Shown: positions 1 through 12,699 of the stretch, in pieces
How positions within the stretch are numbered: position 1 is the first letter of the stretch
How the letters are laid out: each line of letters opens with the position of its first letter
Source of the DNA: Epithemia pelagica
Taxonomy: Eukaryota > Protista > Bacillariophyta
DNA length: 64,000 nucleotides
Reading direction: 5' to 3'
NCBI GenBank assembly: GCA_946965045.2
Contig: OX337229.1
Span: 2,232,001 to 2,296,000 of the forward strand
Notes under the pieces: model-generated
What the model saw: the letters and a program-made list of their open reading frames with translations, nothing else
Told to the model about the DNA's origin: nothing
The model's database searches: none
Made by a program: the position numbers and the translations under genes

Positions 1-1870
1 CTAATAAGAGCCTCAATGATGCCACCATGGGAATGTAAAAAGCTGGTCATCATCCCTATACTATTGTATGCTTTGGTGAGGCATTCGGTATATCTAGAGT
101 ATAGCATTGACTGGGTTTTCATTTGTGAACCTTTCCAAAGCCATATGTACAATGCCAAACAAATCCGGAATTGTCTGTTGCAAAGAACAAAAACCCAATA
201 TGGATCCATTGATTTTGGAAGGTGTGTCTTCCTTGCGGCACATGCACCGAGTGATTTCCGCGGATTTGAGGCGAATCGAGTACATTGGTGGGTCATGTAC
301 GAGATGCCACTCCGGGAGCCAGCCTCCTCCAGGTAGTTGAGCATCCCCACAATGGATCGTTAGTTGAAGAAGTTGTTCAATGCCGGTTCGTCCAAGTGTC
401 GAAGAAGTTGTTCAATGCCGGTTTGTCCAAGTGTTGGTGAAGGATCTTGGAAGATGCTATTGGGTTCTCTTTAGTTGTCACATTGTCTTTAAAATGGATT
501 GCATCAAGTACCTTGTGGATTAAAGGTGATGGTGCTTTGTGATGTTCACTGCAAGGAAATCTTTTATGTTCCCTTCAACTGTTATGTTGAGTTTGGCTGC
601 TTTGATGTCGGCTTAGTCAATTTCCTCTCTATCTGGCCCGCGTAAGACGCTATTGTCTGTGTACGTACACGCCTGATCCCAGATAGAATGCACATTTGTC
701 GATTGACAATTTGGTGAATCCAATGTCATGTACCAGTTGTTCTTGAAAACATGTGGAATGACATCGAGGTTCAAAGGATGGGAAGGTTGTAGAAGGGATG
801 GAGCTGTGGACGGTGAAAAAAATGCATCGCTGGAATGTTACATTAGGGAAACTGAGAGTCTGTGCATGTTTCTGGGAACATGGAATTCTGATGAGTGCTA
901 TGAAAGAAGATTTGATTGAACCGGCAAATACATGCATGCATCAACTATTTTCCAGGACTGTGGAGTAAAGTACAGGTTATTTGTCCTACAGTTGTTGATG
1001 AAGAGCATGACATGGTGACCTTACCTTGCCTCTACAATTGTTTTTCAAAACTTATGGAAGTATGGAAGAAGGCAAGTTTTGTAGCTCTTGTTGGATGCAA
1101 GATTAAAAAGCAAAGTAAATCAGTAACCATGGTTTGGGCAGAGTTACCTGCATTTCGGACGACCTACACTTACTTGGGCAAGGCATTGGACGAAGCTCAT
1201 TGTTGCATTAAAGGTTCTGCAGAACAAGAACATGGCTGGCATCATGGACCTCATCAGCTTCATGCTTTTGAAGACTATAGATATGATCATTGGGCTGAGA
1301 CCCTACATCCCTTGCTTGATAAAGTGCATGAGTTGATACTGCTGTAGCATCCAACAATTTTGTTCATGTGATATGAATTTGTGTATTCTTGTGCTCAGGC
1401 TTCATGTAGGCTTCTTGGGCATATTACTGCTGGTGCAAATTGATTTGGTTGTTTCTGGTCAATTTTTAAGCTGGATAGATTGGACACGAATGTACCTTTC
1501 TGAAGATATTCCCCATTGATAGTGCAGTTAATTGGGATAAGTAGATGGAATCCATCCAACTTCATTCTTAATTTTGATCACCATATAGGATTGGTACTCC
1601 CTGTTGTATCTTCGTGATTGGTATCGTCCTTTGAGAGTGGTCATTTAGTTTGCTGTTACAGCAACCTTTGTCCGTGTAGAGAAAGCGTGGACATTCACTG
1701 ATGACAATGACAAAAGAAAGGTGGGTCTCATTGCCCACTCCATTCACTGTCATCACCATCCCTCCAAACGCTCTCGATCCACTGAAACCAAACGAGAGGA
1801 TATGACAGAACCCAACGAGGAGGAATTGAAGAAAAGTCACAATGAGTCAATGACAGCAGCAAGTGTTGCA
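1..1870 (-). mobile_element. Degraded Ty1/copia pol relic (integrase end, RT, RNaseH fragments); copy A of a segmental duplication
   Basis: Minus-strand frames give decayed copia RT motifs: QEQLVHDIGFTKLSIDKCAFY (ORF 650-937) and, in the twin copy, GMLNYLEEAGSRSGISYMTHQCTRFASNPRKS (cf. GMLLYL..SRPDIAYAVHQCARF..NP). Many stops and frameshifts. Confidence 0.75.
1..1870. repeat. Direct segmental duplication, about 99% identical to 32288-34156
   Basis: Base-by-base match from window start to ...aagtgttgca (1870/34156). About a dozen differences seen by eye, nearly all transitions. Confidence 0.97.
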
Positions 1871-1872
1871 AA

Positions 1873-3363
1873 ATGGCGCCGTCGAAGAAGGCGAAGCCGA
1901 AGGAATCATATGCGGGTGTTGGAATTGCAGGAAGTAGGGAGAAGAAGCTAAAAGAGCGTGCGAAGAGTATATTTGAAAAAAACAAGCCAAAGGAACCGAC
2001 GATTGACGATAAACGGCGAAGTAACAGAAAACATCAGAGACGTACGAAGCTCGTCAAAGATGCTCGAATAGAGCTACAGAAGACTGAGTCGCCCAAGTTG
2101 CCTATGGCAATACTATATGATAAGAAAGAGGACGAATATCAGGTTGCGTCAGAAGTACTGGTATGCACTGGTGGTGTTGTGTTGGCGGGAATTTTACCGA
2201 CAAAGAAGAAGTTGAGCTGTTGCGTGCGTATGCACTACTGAGTTTCGGCAAACTGCATTGTGACAGTTTAGACAAGCGGGGCAACATACCAAGTGGAGAT
2301 TAGTTCAGAAGGAAATAGTTTTGCAGAAGTGGAAGCTCTATTTCAGCATATGGAGAAGAAATTGGAGGAGATGCTTTACATCGTTTTTAACCAGAAACGG
2401 TATTCTGCGGTAAATAAGATGTTTATTTGGAAAAAAGGGAATCAAGCCGCCGCACAGTGGGTGCATGCTGACTCGATGTATCAGAACAACTTAAAGGTCC
2501 TGGTATGTTTGTCGAAAGATGGGTGCTCGGCAACACGGATAATGCCGTACGAGTGATTGAGCGGTAATCCTCTAATCGCTGTGGACGGAGGAAGAGACGT
2601 TTTACGAAGTGACCTGAAGAGACGGTTTGAGAATTTATACGCGCCTAGGCTCGATCCAACGTTGTTAAAAGAAATTTACAGATCTGTGATGGTTCCAGTG
2701 AAAAAGGAAGGATTTTGTGCTGGTGACTCGTTTGTTTTTCTTGGTGATCTTCTTCACGGAGGTCCAACGACCATGGACGATTCACACGACAGAATAGTTT
2801 TGTTCATGGCAATGGACTGTGCAGGTGAAACGGAGTTTGAGAAGCATCAGTTGCACGCCTCCTCATTGATGGAAGCCATTCATGAAGATGAACGGGGAGA
2901 GAAATTAAGGGCAGTCGTTTGTCATCGTGCAGTTCTGAAGGCAAATGAGGTGGAGATGCGGAATTATTATGACTGCTCATGGCCATCACTTGAAGTAAGC
3001 AAAGAAGATGGTAAGCCTGCGGCCGATACTGGACATCAAAGTGTAAAACGTACGAGGGAGAGGAATGACAGAAGTGATGATGCAGGTGCCCCGGCTTCTA
3101 CGAAACGCGGTAGGGGGCGAAAACGTCAACACCCCTCTCCTACACCAGCGTTTCCAACCTTTGAAGAACTTGTCGCTCTGACGAACAAGATTAGAATTAT
3201 GATTGGAGAACGTGGTGACAATAATGATGATGACGATATTGGTAATGACGACATTGAGTGGAATAACCCGGAAAATGATGATCCGGAAGAAGGTGAATCT
3301 GAAGAGGTTGGCGTTGATGATGTCATGGACGATGATGAATCATATGGTAGCAATGATGGCTAG
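1873..3363 (+). pseudogene. 2OG-Fe(II) oxygenase-like (PhyH-type double-stranded beta-helix) protein with Lys-rich N-terminus and basic/acidic tail; three in-frame stops
   Basis: ORFs 1873-2241, 2293-2556 and 2557-3363 share one frame, broken by TGA 2239, TAG 2269 and TGA 2554. Motifs: QWVHADS (HxD), GDSFVFLGDLLHGGP (distal His), HDRIVLF (Arg). KRGRGRKR and a D/E-rich C-terminus follow. Confidence 0.6.
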
Positions 3364-3745
3364 ATTCTGGTGATTAACAGGCCGAGGTATTCATCGACAG
3401 TAAGCAGTAGATTATTGATAGACTTTGACTAAGTTTTCTTGCTTGTCATATGTGTTCTATACACACTGGTATACAGATGAACTTAACATCTGAGTTCCAT
3501 ATGATTCGTCGGTGACATCAACAATCAACAATCATTGTAAGCAAACAATAGGCATGTGACAAAGAAATGATTGGATTAGATCCAATCTTATGACGTAATA
3601 ATGTAGAGGAGGTGAGGTACATGACGTCCGTCTATTCAGTGTCTGGTACTCCTAGCAAAAATAGAGGCTAGTAATACGAATTGATTGGCGGGTTGATGAA
3701 GATACTAACAGCGACTGATTAACGAGCGGAGGCAACTTTGCTCTT

Positions 3746-4978
3746 TTGTGTGATGTCATATTCATGACAACGAGTCTTGAGGGTGTGAACACACAGCAAG
3801 AAAAAGAACCCAGCTGCGACCTGATTCCCCTTGCAGAATTTAATGAAGCCACAAGCGCTTTGCATCAATTTGACTGGCAGGTGGCTGGAAAACAGAGGCA
3901 TCATATGAGTGGAAGCAACGCTGGGGACTTCGAGAACATCTATCGTATAGACTTGGAAGAATTTGTTGAAAACTGGGAGAGAGCTGCTTTCAACATTACT
4001 GGGCTTCACTCAACGCAAAGTATTGAGGCCCAATGCTCCATCACTCGAGCTAACACGTACTTTGAAGGATGCAATACTAAACAGAAAAGCGCCCAGTACG
4101 GTCGCCTGTTACCTCAAGCAACCAAAACAGTATTCTCAGAATTCCTCGAATTACAACCATCGGACATTTTCGTGGATTTGGGACACGGTTTGGGGAACGC
4201 AGTTATGCAAGCAGCTTACACTCATGGCTGTGCAAGTCGAGGTATCGAGGTTGTCAAATCACGTTTTGACGTATCTCTTGCGTTCAAGAAACGGGAATTG
4301 TCAGAAATGGCTGGATGTTTTCCCATGCAACTTCGACATGGCCAAATTGAAAAGGCGGAGCATCGGCATTTTCTCACGATGTCGGGAAAGAGCGTGATGA
4401 AAGTGTTGTGTAACAACTTTGGCGATGTGTTTGGAACACGGTCGTCTTCAAACCCTCCATATTTGAATGATTACGTCGCAGGGTTGTTTGCATCTATGAA
4501 GGAAGGCTCGAAAATCGCTACGTTTGACGAATTAAGGTTTCAAGTCGGTCCGCTCGACATGGTGAACAAACATCGAAAGAAGTTGAAGATGGAGACATCG
4601 TCATACGCCTCATTTTATATAATGGAACGGAAAGTTCTTGGATTCCAAAATAAATATGTATCATGGTCCGAAAATGGCGGGAATCAGCACCAAATAACAA
4701 TGTATGTGTATACAAGAGTGGGGAAGGAATCAAACTTTATGTGCAGTGCCGCCATATGTAAAAAAAGAATAAACAATGAGCGCCAAAAGTCATTTATCAT
4801 CAACCAAAGAGGCGAGATGCTTATGAGGGTATGCGAATGTAAGAAGACAATGCGGCCACACCGACTGCGAACAAACAAAGGCAACGAGATGCTTTTGAAT
4901 GCAACAAAAAATGGAAATCAAGGAACCAATGAAGATGGAAACTGGATGGACGGTGCCAAAAAACGAAGTTGCCACTAA
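3746..4978 (+). CDS. DOT1: DOT1-family histone H3K79 methyltransferase (first ATG 3764; possibly 5'-damaged)
   Basis: Motifs in DOT1 order: YGRLLP, DIFVDLGHGLGNAVMQAA..GC.SRGIEV (SAM motif I), KVLCNNF, SMKEGSKI, VSWS...YVYTR. An in-frame TGA at 3716 lies upstream. Confidence 0.85.
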   Translation: MCDVIFMTTSLEGVNTQQEKEPSCDLIPLAEFNEATSALHQFDWQVAGKQRHHMSGSNAGDFENIYRIDLEEFVENWERAAFNITGLHSTQSIEAQCSITRANTYFEGCNTKQKSAQYGRLLPQATKTVFSEFLELQPSDIFVDLGHGLGNAVMQAAYTHGCASRGIEVVKSRFDVSLAFKKRELSEMAGCFPMQLRHGQIEKAEHRHFLTMSGKSVMKVLCNNFGDVFGTRSSSNPPYLNDYVAGLFASMKEGSKIATFDELRFQVGPLDMVNKHRKKLKMETSSYASFYIMERKVLGFQNKYVSWSENGGNQHQITMYVYTRVGKESNFMCSAAICKKRINNERQKSFIINQRGEMLMRVCECKKTMRPHRLRTNKGNEMLLNATKNGNQGTNEDGNWMDGAKKRSCH

Positions 4979-5599
4979 GTAGCTGAATTGCGGTATAGAA
5001 CCATGTTTTGTGGTATGATGCGTCTAATTGTGTATTACGTTTGCTTGCTGCTTTGTCGAGGTCCTGTTTTGTGGTGTGGCTGAGTATGAATCTGATGGTA
5101 GATAGTCAGTCAAACAATCGCAACTACTAATAAATCTGAGTGAGAAAAAATGGATTGAAGACAGTCAAACGATACGCCTTGATCCAATCCAATGAATCAA
5201 CATGTTGACAGGGTAGTGGTAGGTGACACTCTGGTGATGTTTTTACCACAATGGTAACATGCCTTGTCATTAATAAACAATTGTGTTTGATGCAATCCAA
5301 TGTCGTATCTGTCGTTGATGAAAGCACAAAACGGGTATCCGACGATTTTCTTTGCGCTAGGTAGTGTTGCTACTTGCTATGGTTCAGTGTTGTCGAATTG
5401 GAGGGAATCGCTTTAAGTCATGCACCCTAAACATGACGCTACCGGTGGTAGCTATGCTCTTTCGACAGGAGGTGTTAAGAATCGACCGACCCATCGACCT
5501 AAGTAAGCAGAAGCAAACCTCTCAGGACCGGTATTAATGTCTAGACCTCCCACATCAACATGTAGTTCAACCACTAGGCTATCGTGAACTGGGAAATGT

Positions 5600-6500
5600 T
5601 AGGTTATTAGGTGATATTTTTCCGACAATGTTCGCGGCGACTGCAATGAAATTTGTGCTCTGCATACATTGTTAGGCTCATCTGCATTGGGTGAACAGTT
5701 GTGACACCTTGTACTTCTTCCTGAAAAAGTGGATTTGGAGTGTTTGGGAAATGACAATGGTATCTATTGACGTTTCCAAGGCAATTCACAAAATCTTGGC
5801 GTCTGTCGAAAGCTTGTTGTATTTCAAATGTATTGAACAAGTCCCATCCACAAAACTTTGGCCTCCTCACATCTATTTTGATCCAACAATGAAAATGTAT
5901 TCGACAAAAAACTGGACTGATTTGACAAAGAGATACTTAGTATTCCCGCTTGGCCAATACACATCTGACACGGCGTTGGAAGCTGTATTATCTCTGACAT
6001 TCTGCTGATGATGTTTATAAAATGTTTTGTTGCATCCATATTGGATGTCTCTGGACAGGCACCTTCTGTAGCTATTCCTTCTTGTGGTGCTAAAACTGGA
6101 CATTGGTATTCATGGGTGTGCAACTCTCTGGAAATAAATTACCTCGTACTGGTGGAGATGCCGTCAGGGATGTTCCATTACCTACTCGAACAGGATGAGA
6201 TGGCTGAGAGATGACACTGCTATTTGGGTTATTGGGTAGCATATGCGAAAGAGACATCAATTCACGTCATTGTCGCAAATTTCTATCCATCTCTATGAGT
6301 GATAATGACTGGACAACACCTTGGAACATTGTCCTGGAAAGCATGGATGACTGTTCTCCAGATGATGCAAGATTCTGCATGAGAAGTGTCATGAGAGGGT
6401 CGACACCGGTAGAACCAGCAGTGTTGGCAGAGTCATTCTGCTGGTCTGTTTTGTTCTCATCAGAGTCTTGAGCATTACTCCTAGAAGAAGACATGATTAA
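5600..6500 (-). mobile_element. Possible retrotransposon gag relic
   Basis: Fragmented minus-strand ORFs (6267-6494, 5824-6123, 5607-5870), next to a copia protease region. Only weak gag-like character. Confidence 0.3.
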
Positions 6501-6704
6501 TGCAGAAAACTAACCAACTGAGTTCCCTGCTATAGTTATCTCTCCCTTACCAGTCGGGTAGAGATGTCACGACTAATGACGAAACGCGTGATCCACAGCA
6601 GTAAAGTGCCAAAACACCAATGGAATGTAATCGGTACCGGGAGCAGCTGTCACTAAGCTTGCCTGGCAAAGCTAATTAGGTGTGACACGCTTCCACTGCA
6701 GTCT

Positions 6705-8100
6705 TTAGGCTAGGTAGCTACTCGGAAGTAACCAAGAACTAGCAAGTTCTGACGGTAACTGTTCTTGTCTCCACACACCGGGATTGCCAGTCCCTAGCCC
6801 AATCTCCACACGTAGACTGTTGAAGAATCGCAAGGAGCAAGATGAACTGTGGCTGCACTGAAAGCGTTCCAATTTGATGAATTCCACGATTGTCCGATTG
6901 CAAAAGTGTAGATTCTTAAGACGGACCAACCTGCCACAGCACAAAGATAGAGAGCCTTGTCGCTTGGCAGGCGACAGCAACAGATGCTTTGTTAGGAAAC
7001 AAGCGGTGTGCCGGAGCACGCAAAGTAGTACCTGTTGAGTCCTAGTCGGTGGTAGCAGATGCTTTTCGGTAAGTTGCTTTCGGCTTCGATTTCGACTTTT
7101 ATTGGTCCTCGAGCAGGGTCGTTTCTCACACCGCTGAGTTTGAGTCCTTGTGGTTCGATTTTTATGGTTTCCCCTTGGTATCGCTGTAAGAGGCTGCTTG
7201 TACTGAGAAGCCGACAGCCAGCTGCGGGTATGTACAGAGCAAGGAGTTCGATGCATCGTAGCCGTCCATGGACGTCTTTGATGTACCATTCCACGACTCC
7301 TTGGCTTTCGACTTGTGCTCCTTCGGCCAAACCTTGGACCTGATAGTCAGGAGGTACGTCCCTCACTTTGTTTGGAATGAAATCGCTCTTGTCGTTTGTG
7401 ATGGAGACACTTGCGCCTGAATCCCAAATGAGGAGAAAAGCTTGTTTGTCTTCCATTTCTGACTGAAATTTTCGTGGGTGATTGATTGCAGCTTGGAGCG
7501 CCAGATTTTGGCTCATGGTGTAAGCATGTGCCTGTATGGTGGTGGTGCTCATGAGTGATGGAAGTGGCTGTGGTCCTTGCAGTGGAACACCAATCTGCTT
7601 TCGAGGCACACGGTCCTTTGCTCGAAATGATTGAAGAAGAGTTGGAATTGACTTGGTTCCACGTCAAACTTCTCGTCTGTGCTGATTCATGAGCGAGTGA
7701 CTTGCTCATAGTACTTTTATCCTTGTTTCGTGCTGAAGTCGAGTTGCTGACTGATTCCAGCTGGGAGTGGGTCCTGAGGAATGGTCCTGGTCCTCCTCCT
7801 CCTGCTCCGCCACCACCGCCCCATGCTGCTACTGCTGCAGCGGCTGTGTTCGCGGCTACGTTCGCAATGGCTTGCTGGATTGCATTTTCCAGTTGGAGCT
7901 CTAATTGTGAACAAAGAAGTTTGAAAATGTACCAATGGAGGACGACTCTAATATGGGTACACGGGGCTAATCTTCGGGAGAAACCACAGCATTGGATAAC
8001 TTCTTCACAGATGTTGTGGGACCACCTCCCAATGCCATTCCCGCCCTTGGCTTCATCTCAAACTTTGAGTATGAATCCACCTTGGGCAAAGCGGTGAGCC
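6705..8100 (-). mobile_element. Ty1/copia fragment: gag end and aspartic protease
   Basis: ORF 6992-7609: LIWDSGASVSIT (protease D-S-G), QGLAEGAQVESQGVVEW, LYIPAAGCRLLS, NLP. Collinear with the protease region of the element at 39.6 kb. Confidence 0.8.
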
Positions 8101-8129
8101 CCTTCTTGCCCAGAAGGCACGGGGCATAA

Positions 8130-8570
8130 CTGTGTTGGATCAGGCAATGGTTGACATCATTGCTGATGCAAATGGTCGGGTTGATGCAAATGGTCGGGTT
8201 GATGCACCAGAGGATGATGATTATGAAGAGGCAAAGCAACGGGCTTTGGCTATTGCTTCATTCATGGCACCAACAAAAACCACAAAGGATATCTCAGCAA
8301 ACATCTCCGTGACAGTCATCTAGATATCCATGGCAACTACCCCAAGACGATACAAGCCGCCTTCAATAACCTTCAGAGACGTGAGGGGTAGCCTTTGCTC
8401 AATCCTCATCCAACGGTCGTGACAAGAGTCAAGTGGTTTGATACAATTGTGGAGGTCCTGGTTACTTTGCCAGGGACTGTCCAAAACTGAATAATGGCTA
8501 TGATGGTAACCAAGGAAACAATTTCAATCGTGAGAGCACTAGAATTCATGCGGTTACATTTTCATTCTCG
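8130..8570 (+). mobile_element. Copia gag relic with decayed CCHC zinc knuckle
   Basis: EEAKQRALAIASF is gag-like. About 8438-8490 reads *YNCGGPGYFARDCPK, a decayed CX2CX4HX4C. Confidence 0.55.
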
Positions 8571-9763
8571 CAAACAAACACCAGTCATCTCCCCCAGTCA
8601 GTTTCTTGTTTTCCTTTGATGAATCCTTGTCTCCCTGTGGACAAGGTTGGCGGATGCCGGCAGATCCTCTGGTTCCAAATCCTGGCGACGATACCTTCGG
8701 ATGAACTAATCATTGGGATCAACTCTCACGAAGGGAATGAGGCACCAAGTGAATCTTTCCTTGATATTTCATCCAAATGTTACGTAGTCAATGCCTCACA
8801 TCATTTTTGGCGTGAGCTCACATTATTTTTGGCGTGAGGCCACATTATTTTTGGCGTGAGGCATTGACAATGAGAGGCATCTGATTCTAATTTGTTGGTC
8901 TTGGGTCATTCCAACCAAGACAAGGCAACACTTGCGAGGCAGATCTTCCCGTGAAGAAACTCTTTGCTGTACCTGGGTCTTCTTACAAAATTTGTTCAAG
9001 GGATGTTTTTTTCTCGCAACAAGGATACTGTTATCAGTCGCTGAGACACAGACACCATGTTGATTCAGATGCTGCTACATGGACCAAAGTTCTTGAGAGG
9101 AAGAACCAGAGGATGATCAGGCAGAACCAACAACAATCCAAGAGATGATGCATTGTCCTACCAGGAAACTGACCTGTTGCCCCAACCATCTCGCTGGATA
9201 GGCAATGATACCAATCACAAATGGTGAGAAGGATTCACTAGGCTATACAGGTGATAACCAGAAAGAAGCAGAGGATCCCGTAGGTGATACAGGTAATATC
9301 CAGAAAGAAGCAGGGAAACCATAAGCTCTTGAAGAACTGAGCAAATGATCAATGAGGTCAAGAAAGAAACCAACATGACCCATATGCTACTTGCTGTCAA
9401 AAGTCCAGTTAAGCAAACAAGACCACAAAATGCTCGACCCTATCCTCCTAAAATATTTTTGGGAAGCTTTGTACCATGAAGCATCAGGAACAGACGTCGA
9501 GTAAACTTCTTCGGATTGGTTGGATCCAGCAAAAGGTCGACCAAAATGTTGAGGTCTTCATGGTCCTTGAGAGAGGTGAGGACCTCAGGTAAGGACCTCA
9601 CCTTGTCTTTCTCGTATGCCTTCGTATTCAACAACAAGTTTCTCAACTATTTTGTGTTCGGTCTTGGATCGATGTATCAACTTTCCCAAGCTGGTCGATT
9701 TATCTTCCCAAAGCTGGGATTCGGTGTCTCTCTGTCGCATATCGTGGTGCTGACTTAAATCTC

Positions 9764-9961
9764 CTTATTAAGTCAGAGACTTAAGTCAAACTTTTTTCCT
9801 GCAATAAGTCAATTCCTTAACTTGGATTCTTCCCCACAAAAACATCTCCTACAACCAAATCATGGTGCTTACTAAGTCAGAGACTTAAGTCAAACTTTTT
9901 TCCTGCACTAAGTCAATTCCTTAACTTGGATTCTTCCCCACAAAAACAGCTCCTACAACCA
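9764..9961. repeat. Tandem duplication, period about 104 bp
   Basis: cttattaagtcagagacttaagtcaaac...ctcctacaacca at 9764 and 9868. Confidence 0.9.
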
Positions 9962-9999
9962 GTTGTTGAAAAAGACCTGTGTCATTCCATTCCAAGAGA

Positions 10000-10391
10000 A
10001 TGGGTCTGAAGAAAAAGATAAAATAATTCTATTATTCATGTACATTCTGTTATCACAATGTCAGGCTGAATGCATGCTGCAGGTATTTGAGAACTCGGAT
10101 TAATTTTCTGCGGACGTCAACGTCTGGTGCTGCCACTCGTGTACTCAAGAAGGAGACTGCTGTTCTCACATCTGGTCACCCTCTTTGAGCAAGGTAAGCC
10201 AGTTGCATTGTCAGACTTTGGAACTCCTCCGCCTGGGCCTCACTCAGATTTGTTGCATTCTCTCCAATGAGACTCAGGTGATTCGCTGCCAGTGACTGAG
10301 CTTTTTCTTTCATGTGCTCAGGAAGATCGTCGAGGATTGTTAGATGGATTCCTACCCTGAAAGCTTGCGTGCAGCGAAGCAACTTCAACAA
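10000..10391 (-). mobile_element. Copia RT C-terminal relic
   Basis: LSEAQAEEFQSLTMQLAYLAQRG*PDVRTAV..STRV..PDVD..KLIRVLKYL matches the copia L.YL..R.RPDI..AV motif. The stop at 10176 replaces the Arg. Confidence 0.7.
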
Positions 10392-11827
10392 GACATCATC
10401 AACAACAATAACCAGCGAATTGAAAAAGTATGGTTGAAGATGATGGTAGTTAAGAAGAAGACGATATACTAGATATAGATGTGATGCCAGCGCCTAACAT
10501 ATGAGCAACTCTGTGAACGACAACCAAGCTGCAATTACACCAGAGTATTGAGCTGCAATTACACCAGAGTATTGGTACTTTGTCAACAATTTACCAAGTG
10601 TGACTATATTGGATTTTGGGATGCATGCTGTTGGAGCCCCCTGGTCCATATGGTCTGGTCAAAAGTTATGTTGGTGCCTGCCAGATGTCGTGATAGATGG
10701 TAGCGAATGGAATCTCTTGCCCACATAGGGTGAAGCCACTGTGGACACATAATCAGCTTTGTCACAAGTTGTACAACAAGACACTAATCATCTGTGAGAC
10801 AAACGCCGCCATCCACCCCATACCTGTTTGTATCGGTGGTTGATTTGCAATATACAAATCGACCCACCATCGGTCATAAGTCAATGTGTCTCAAATCTGC
10901 CCCAACATATCAAAAATGACTTTAATACCCATATTTTTATATTACTCCCTATATTTTGTAGTTTTTTTTGCACCCATCATATCCGGAATTATCTTTTTAC
11001 TTGCCAGGTTCTCCAACAGGACTGAAAGGACAGGGTGTACAGTATGCTTTTCTGAAGCAGTCTGATTCCACAGATTTCCACCGAGTGGCATACATTTTTT
11101 GACTATAGACTTCTGGGAAGTACCATATTCAACTCCAGCATCACCTGTATTCCAAGTCATATCAGTTCAATTTCAGTACATATTGGCTACCCCAATGTTA
11201 CATCATCATATTGTACCTCCAGTGGTTTTATCAGTATAACAAAGAAGGACAGCAACAAGAAGTTGTGTTAGAGTCACTGACACACTACTGATGTGTCAAG
11301 GTACATCTTGTCCCATATCAACAATGCACATAACAACTTCAGAGTTAGTAATATTTAGAACAAAAGAAGTCTGTGGCTGTGGTGTGATCAGTCTCAGCAC
11401 CAACTTCTTCCCCTAGGAGTTCCAACTCTTTCCCATCACAATGCTCCATCATTATACATCTACCCATTGTCTCTTCCAATTTCTCCATTGAACCCTGGAC
11501 CTATCATTCTTGTCCCCATTTACTCACCAAAAAAGCACTAGTCTGCTTATTAATTACATTAGACCATACTAGCCAGACAGTGTGTTGGGAAAATGATATA
11601 TCAGCCATAGTATATTAGTGGATGGAATCTTGGATGTATATTGATCATGCACAACAAACTGAATTCCAAATCAGTGTAAACTGGGAATGAGTGATTCATT
11701 CTGAATGATATGGTTGAAAATACAATTATCCAACCCAATGAAATCACCCCAAACATTGGCTACTGGAAAACTTCTCACCTTGCTTCTGGACACTTTCCCA
11801 ACTCTACAACAATTTGAATCTTAAACC

Positions 11828-12175
11828 ATGTCATCCACAGAGACTTCATCCACATCACCACTCCTGGGTACCTGTCCTGTCTATTCCACTCCAATACTGT
11901 CACCAACTGCAATGGGAAGATATGAGTACATTTTCTGCCCAAGAGGCAGCCCAAAACACTGTTCACTTCCTCTCTGGCATATAATCCACAAGGGATGGTC
12001 TCAGCATTGTGCTTTCAGTAATATAGTTCCTTCAAACTTCCTGCATCACTACAAGGTGTTTTGTTTTACTGTGAAACAGTGGTGCTATACACTGATGTAC
12101 CCAAGGTTTAGTGAAAATGAAGATGAATTTCAAGTATCCAAGGCCTTGCTGCTAGCATACGCTCATTAAAGACAT
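11828..12175 (+). mobile_element. MULE transposase fragment, paralog of the 16279-20182 transposase
   Basis: WHIIHKGWSQHCAFSNIVPSNFLHHYKVFCFTVKQWCYTLMYPRFSENEDEFQVSKALLLAYAH aligns without gaps to minus-strand 18080-17890 (WHIIHKGWSQHCSFGNAIDTNYSREYKLFGYTVKQWCYTFMYRRYCETQDELITSKSLLLAYIH). Confidence 0.8.
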
Positions 12176-12699
12176 GTTCAAAAATCTCAAGGAGCTTGAT
12201 CTACTCAGTTGCCTAAAGCTGATCCTAGTCTTTGAGTAAGTTGGACTAAAGTTTTCTAAAGTGGTTCTGAGCCCAAGTTAACGGCCTAGCAAAGCCTACG
12301 CTATCTTGTTTACGAGGTGAAGAAAGAGTCCATCATTCTTGTCATCATTCTTGTGGACGACATCTCCCCTACCAGCGCTAGAAGCTACAGCTTCATTGAG
12401 AACTGGGAACTATTGATATTCCACCTACGGTCCCGCAGTGGAACCTCCCCAAGGTGTAAACGATCCCACTGACCCAACCAACGGTTCAGCTGATCCACCC
12501 CCTACTCGAGATCCAACAATTGACAACAATCGTTTTGGAAGCTTCTTTTCGGTGATGACTTCGAAGGACAGTTGGGGCTGTATCATTTTTTACAGCATAT
12601 CATCAGACAATGAGATAGGGGCATCACCCGTACCACAAAGCCTTGACTGAACTTCTCCAATGTATGTACAGCTTCGAAGCAGAATCCTACAACACATTG

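Noticed and set aside
916-1347. 143-aa + strand ORF, and its twin at 33202-33633, as a real gene
   Set aside because: It lies antisense to decayed copia pol and has no recognisable motif.
6565-6686. Short solo LTR (tgtcac...gtgaca)
   Set aside because: No TSD and no second copy in the window.
12263-12277. PBS-like ggttctgagcccaag
   Set aside because: It resembles the outer element's PBS, but no LTR ending in CA precedes it and no gag follows.
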